Positions 54,601 through 61,834 of a stretch of DNA of 64,000 nt are shown piece by piece. The notes beneath the pieces were generated by a model. That model was not told where the DNA came from. It worked only from the letters and a program-made list of their open reading frames with translations, and did no database searches. The DNA is taken from the NCBI GenBank assembly GCA_012295275.1, contig CM022676.1, forward strand, positions 5,518,001-5,582,000. The letters run 5' to 3'. The first letter of the stretch is position 1; each line of letters begins with the position of its first letter. Origin of the DNA: Chrysomallon squamiferum. Its lineage: Eukaryota > Animalia > Mollusca. Made by a program: the position numbers and the translations under genes.

Positions 54601-57600
54601 TAACTTATTTATTTTGAAATGTTTTCTTACTGTAAATATGCTAATGAATTTTTGAACAGAAAATTAATAGTCAAAATAATTTAGATTTGTATATTACAAA
54701 ATGAAATGTATATATATATATACACACACACACATACACACACACAACACACACACTCACTACATATACTATCAAATTCAGAGCTGTAGATATGCTAATA
54801 TTAAAGTCAAAGTGATTGACTTTTAAGATGTAACGGAAGTTATTATTCACACATAAATACATTTTTAATAAAATGGAAACATGCTTTCATATTTCTGAAA
54901 TGAAGACTGGTGTTGTTTCATATTTACAGTTACTGGAATTCTTTCATCAGAAATAGCTATTGTTAAGTGGCCTTTTATTTTGACTTACACCAGGAGGTTA
55001 GGTCCAGTAATATCAACATTTATAGAATTTCTCCATAACGGAAAAATGCAAGGACTGTGTTATAAAACATACCCTTGTCAGTCTGATGAACAATATACAA
55101 TAAGAAGAGAATCGGAATGTGTTATAACACTGAAGATTCCATCTTTTGATGAAACAAAACACAGTGGTACTTGGAAAGTTAAAGACAGAAATATATTTTC
55201 AAACAATATTGTATTGACTGAACCATTTCGTAAGTATTTTTACTACAAGACATTAAATCATACAAAAATCACATCGATCATTGAAAATATATTTCTTGTT
55301 GATTTTATCAAGTCAAGAATAAATTTATAGTGAAAGCTTAAAAGGCCAGGGATTAGATTTTGTAACTTAAAAAGATTAATTAAGAAAGCTGGAATATATG
55401 TTTAGAGTGAGAAGAAAAATAAAGATCACTTTATCTTTTACTTTTGGCCAGAGCTTTATTTTTCTCAACAGGCAATTAAATAATTTCTTATTCTAATTTT
55501 TTCTAATTTTATTTTACATGGTGACAAACAGTAAAAGCACCACAACCACCAGTGGAAGGTGGAGGGACAACACTGAGTAAGTTTTTATAACTGTTGATAT
55601 CAAATTAGTTTTCATTGCTGATATTTCAATAAGGACAAAAAAATATATATAACTGTTTGACAGCTTTTAACATATTCACATACTTGAACATCCACATCTC
55701 AGTGATGTATTTAATAGGCACCAAAATTTATATTTAAATTACTTTTTCCTCTAGAAATTCAATTTCAGTTTTTTAAAGACAAGAACTGAGATCTGAAAAA
55801 GGTTTTTGTTTTGATCGTGAAACAAAAATTCCTTCTGGTTGTACTGACATTTTGTGCACAGTCTGATCATCAATAACCATTTTATATGACCATATTAATG
55901 TATATATTTCTTTCTTTCTTTATTTCTTTTTAAAATTAAATTCATAATTTTGTGAAAGAAATAAATATAATATTTTTAATTTAATATTGTTATATACTTT
56001 GTAATAACAGTAAAATGCCTTATTTATTCAAGATAAATTGTAAAAAATTATTGTTATTATCTTTAGAGAGACAATTATTTCAAAAAATAGGTATTGATTA
56101 ATATTGATAATTTTAGGGACAAACAGGTTGAATTTATGTGTTTCAATAGTAAATTGTATCTCAGAATATTAATTTGTATTTCTTTTCATTTTTAGGAACT
56201 TTTTATTAAAATTCCTAAATGAAAGCCTGCATTATGGTTCTAAAATTCATAAATATTTTTCTTTGTTGTTATTACAAAGTGTGTATAATAACTTACTTTA
56301 ATATGCTGGAAAGACCCACTTGCAGAAAAAAATCACACACGCTAACAACACACACTTAAATATATAACGTATAGACGACACACATATAATTCAATAAAAA
56401 TTTAGATATTTATTATTTGGTGTTTTGTTTTGCTAATGATTTTTTTGTTGTTGTTCCATTTTTTTTAATTGAACACCAGAAACACCTGAGGGATTTCTAC
56501 CAAAATCAAAACGTGAGTCCTTAAATGTATATATAAAATTTACATTAATGTGAACTCTTCATGGGGCATTAGGCTTTATTCATGGACTATTTTAAACAGA
56601 AATTAATGATTACAGATTAATAATTATATCTCATATTACATAAAGTAAAACAGTGTCTGTTCTTTTTATGCAATCCATTCCATGATTCAAATAGTGGATA
56701 TCATTAAATATCATTAAAATATGGATACAATATAAATATTACCATAAAAAAAAAAAAAAAAAAAAACATTCTGTAAATAATCTTAAATAGATTACAACAC
56801 CACTACCACCAACAATAACTACAAAAAATAAATAAAATAAAAAATGTTTTAAGACAATTTATGTCTGCAATCTGATAATATATATAAATATATATATATA
56901 TATCTTAAAGTTGGACAAAGAATATATGAAACTGATACAAAAATTTACAAGAATTTTCTAGACCAATTTTAAATGGGAAGGAACACTTGTACCATATTAC
57001 ACTGTTTTGATTTCTAGTTCTTGGATATATCTCTGCTGGATTTCCATTTCTTAATAAACCCTTGGTGTTGACATACACAACAAAACATATGCCTGCAACA
57101 AACTCAAATATTGTCTTTATGCTGAATTACCATCAACAAGGATCATGCTATTTTGCACATCCCTGTTATACTGGCAAAGAATATAACATAACAAGACAGA
57201 GTAGTCATATCATAACTTTGGAGATCCCCTCTTTTGAAGAGAGAAAACACAGTGGTACTTGGATGGTTAAACACAATGGTGTAGATTCAAACAAAATTAT
57301 GCTGGTGGGACCTTTTCGTAAGTACTTTCTAAATACAGATAAAACATTGTTGTGAATATAATTTGTTGCAGTGTATCTGTACAGCTGTACTTTTGATGTG
57401 TATAAAAACATCAAACTAATTTTAAATATTTCTTTTGTTAAACCAAAAGAGGGAAGAACAAAACAACAAAAAAAACAAGAACTTTGTGATGCCATTTTAC
57501 TCAAACAGATAATAATATATATTTCATAGTATATCTTGGGAGTGAAAATCACTATCTCAAAAATACATTTGTTTTTGTTCTATGCAGTCTAATACTACTA

Positions 57601-58317
57601 ATCATAATATATTGTTCACTATTAATTTCAAAAGACACACACACACACACACACACAATCATTATTGTTCAAGTTGTCACTGATGAATTCAGTGTTACTA
57701 TTATAATACTTCATCTTCTACAGAATTACATTTGATAATTATTATTAGTGATTTTCAGTTCAGTCATTTAATTAATTTATTTACTTACTATTATTGTTAT
57801 TTTTTTTATTATTATTATTACTATTATTATTTTCAGTTGAAGGACAGACTGTACCACCAGAACAAAGAGGTATGTTTGGTATTTACATGTGGTAAGGAAG
57901 TGATATAATTCATAGAGCATATACAAGTTTACCTGTCCAGAAGACAATTCTGCTAAAACTGGTTTTTCTAAAATGATAATTTTATGCTCTTGAAGTCACA
58001 TATTTATTAACAGAAATAAAAATCACTACAGCTACAACAAGCAGAAATACATAATAAACAAATACAGTATCCAAAAGTAATATAAATAGTTTTCAGTAAC
58101 AAATGACTTAATTTGTCAAGAAGATTATTACTGTTATATACATTTCATAAAAGTAAACAACAGAAACCAGATGCAACTTAAATAATATGCTTCTAATTGC
58201 ATTAAGAAAGATAAATAGCTTGTTTCTTTTCAACATTTGTATTTATTTATAATCTTATTTTTATTTGATTATTTAATTAGATTATTGTTATTATCATTAT
58301 TATCATCATTATGATCA

Positions 58318-58370
<53 letters not shown>

Positions 58371-59062
58371 GTTAATGATTTTGATTACACAATATTTTAA
58401 AGGATTTTATTTTTATTTTACCTGGGATGTTTCTCCTGCAACTTTTAAAACATTTTATTACTTTAGTCTTGTTTTGTGAATGACTCTTCAGTATACATAT
58501 TATATATCTATATACTTTTATGATGATTTAATTTCTTTCCCTGATGTAATAATAAAAGTTATTAAATACTCAGCTTTTTAGACAAAATATTTATTTTATT
58601 TATTTATTTATTTACAGTTGGAATTCTTAAATTAGGCAGAGCTATCAAAAATAAACCATTCCATCTGTATTACACAAAAACGAAAGACACTATAAATGCA
58701 AGCATTATAGTATTCCTCATGGATGGACTGGAGGTAGCATCATGCTATCCTGGGTACCCATGTTCTCATGGAAGGACTTCTGGAATTGAAAGAAAGTCTG
58801 ATACAGTTATACATGTATGGTTTAATAAGTTTTCTTCAGGAAAACATGCTGGTACTTGGAAAGTTAAAGATGGCGATGAAACTTCAAATTCAGTTAAACC
58901 AGAACCTCCATTTGGTAAATATGTGAACACAATACGAGTTGAATTTGACTGGGGTTTGGTTTTTTTTAATCATTATTATTATTTATTTTTCATTTATTTA
59001 TTTTATTTATTTTGTTTATTTATTTATTTATTTTATTTTATTTTATTTTATTTTATTTTATT

Positions 59063-59101
<39 letters not shown>

Positions 59102-61782
59102 TTTTATTTTATTTTATTTATTTATTTATTTTAATATTATTTATTTATTATTATTATTTCATTTATTTATTTATTTTTTTTTTTTTTTTTTTTTTTTAGA
59201 AATAATCTAATTGTAAAATTTATAAAAAGAAATGGACAATTAATTCTAAAATATTTATTTTTACATGCAGTTATTGGACATTATTTTTCCCACATTAAAT
59301 AATATATATGCATGAATTCAAAATGTAATTAATAGTTAAAGGTTTTTCTAACCTTAGTTTAATAAACTGACTCATGGTATCATCAAATTTTAATTTTTTG
59401 TTTTGTTTTTATATTTGCAGTTGTTGGACTTTTTTCCGCAGATACCCCTGTCACCGGCAGACCTTTAGTTTTTACCTACACTAGGAGTTTTGATGATGTA
59501 AATCGTCCATTTATAACATTCTTTCACAACATGGACATCCAAGGAACATGTATGTCACGGAGTCCATGTTCCTCTTCACTGGGATTCAGAATATCCAGAG
59601 AGTCTGATACTGTTGTTACACTGGAAATTCCACAGTTTGATGAGACACAACACAAAGGTAGTTGGTATGTAAAAGATGAAGAACTGTTTTCCAACAAGAT
59701 TCTAATCAAAGGACCACACTGTAAGTAGTATCTTTAATATGAGACTGTGTTTTGGATTAATTAAAAACTTTCTTTTCATTATACATCATTTATAAAATTT
59801 TAAAATGTTTTCATTAAAAAAAGTCCTCAGAAACCAAGTTAAATCTGACTGAAGTACCTTTAACTGAAAATACTGAGTTAATAGGACTTTGAAAGTCTTG
59901 TTCGACTTTTTGCCAATGAGTCTGTTGCTGTATTTTAATTTGTAGATGTTGGTACTCTTTCTGCACCAAAACCTGTCATTGCTTGGCCACTTGTTCTCAC
60001 CTACAAGAGGAAGTTAGGTTATGCAGATACAACACTTATAGAGTTCCAGCTAGATGGTGTTACACAAGGGATATGTTATCCAAGGTTCCAGTGTGAGTCT
60101 GAAAAAGGATTCAACATCACAAGACAGTCAGAGACAGTTATAACTTCGGAGATACCGTTGTTTGATGAGGAGGAACATGCTGGTTTGTGGAAAGTTCAAG
60201 ATGGTAATCAAAGTTCAAACACAGTCGAACTGAAAGGACCCTTTCGTAAGTGTTGCAGATGTAAAATTATATATTTGTTTGTAAAATATTAGGTTTTCAT
60301 GTGTCTAAATTATTTTTGATTTCTTGATAGTTATAGCACCTTTAATGTTTGGTAAATGCTCTAATATACATTAAGTGATTCCCAGATGGTTATATTCTTC
60401 ATATGATGCCTATCTAATGTTAGTGAGACAAAATATCAAACTCAGTTAAGTTATGATATTTTGCAAATAGAACTTTCAAATCAGACATCAGATATTTGAA
60501 GATTGTAAACATAATTTTGAACGAAAAAACAAAATGAAAAACAAATCATCTCTTAGCATGTAGCTATAGTTTTTGTATTATTTTTCTAATGGTCTTTTAT
60601 GAATGCTTTATGTAATTGGTTTTGATGTGAAATAGATAGGACATTTCTTACCCTGTTTACACACTATTATTATTATTATTACCATACACACTAATATTAG
60701 TATCACTTTTCATGAACCTACCAAATAAGTACTTTTATTATAACTATAGACATAAAGGAGTTATTATTGTTTTGGTGTCTTTGTGTATGTTAATGAATTC
60801 AGTATTAAATATTTTTATTATTATTATTTTTTTAAACCAGGAACTAAACCTAAAGAAACAATAGGACGTCCACATTCACAGCGTAAGTGTTTCCTACTCT
60901 CCATAGTAACTTGATTTTTTTTTTTTTTTTTTAAATATTTTTAAAATTAACAGAGACAATCTTTCAGTTTTCCTGCAACATGGCAATTAATTGTTTGCTT
61001 TACATTTTGTAGGTGTGGGAATCCTCACCAGTACTGTGCCTTCCATTGGTGAACCGTTTATTCTGACCTACAGCAAAACGAGCGTAGCGAAAATTACAAC
61101 AACAGTACAGTTCTTCTTGAACTACAAAGAACGGGCAAAATGTGATCCTGAACAGGACTGTGTTTCTGACAAAGGATTCAATGTTTCGAAGACCTCTGAT
61201 AATGTCATCACTTTGGTGATTCCGTCGTTTAACAAGGAAGTGCACAAGGGCAAATGGATTGCTTATGACAATGCCTGGCCTTCAAATGTGATCGATTTAG
61301 AGGGTCTGTTTGAAAGTAAGTACTGATATCATTTAAATAATAAGAAATTATTATATTTATGGATATAAGATAAATTAGTTGTAAGGGTCCATTTAAAAGT
61401 AGGTATTAATATAATACTGAAAATTATTATATTTATTAGCATTAGATGATTGGAATTAAGAGGTCCAATTAAAAGAAGGTATTAATACTATTTATACGAC
61501 TGAAAAATATTACATTTATTCATGACAGAAAATTAACCTAATTATTCAGGTAATATTTATAAACTTTATCAGAGTTGCAAAGAATATTTGGGCATACATC
61601 ATCTTAGTGCATCCATATTACTCTTATATTTGTATTAGGTGGTGTTATTTAAGCATATATATATACAGCTAGACAGAGATAATATATTTGTATTTTGTAT
61701 CGTTTATACATTAAATTTGATTAACTTAAGAAATGATTTGTTTTCTTAGATTGTTTAATGCAAAATGTTCTGATGTATGTTT

Positions 61783-61834
<52 letters not shown>

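Noticed and set aside
58719-59210. Hydrophobic tails of ORFs (58719-59210, 54060-54506, 44079 N-terminus) as transmembrane anchors
   Set aside because: They lie beyond strong splice sites in (TTTA)n or (TG)n intron sequence.
61013-61315. Higher CpG content suggesting foreign origin of this exon
   Set aside because: D2 has a similar CpG count (about 8 versus 9) and the exon fits the family consensus.
61380-61520. Short ~75-bp imperfect tandem duplication (also ~165 bp at 15413-15640)
   Set aside because: Ordinary local intronic duplications with no exon or evident function.
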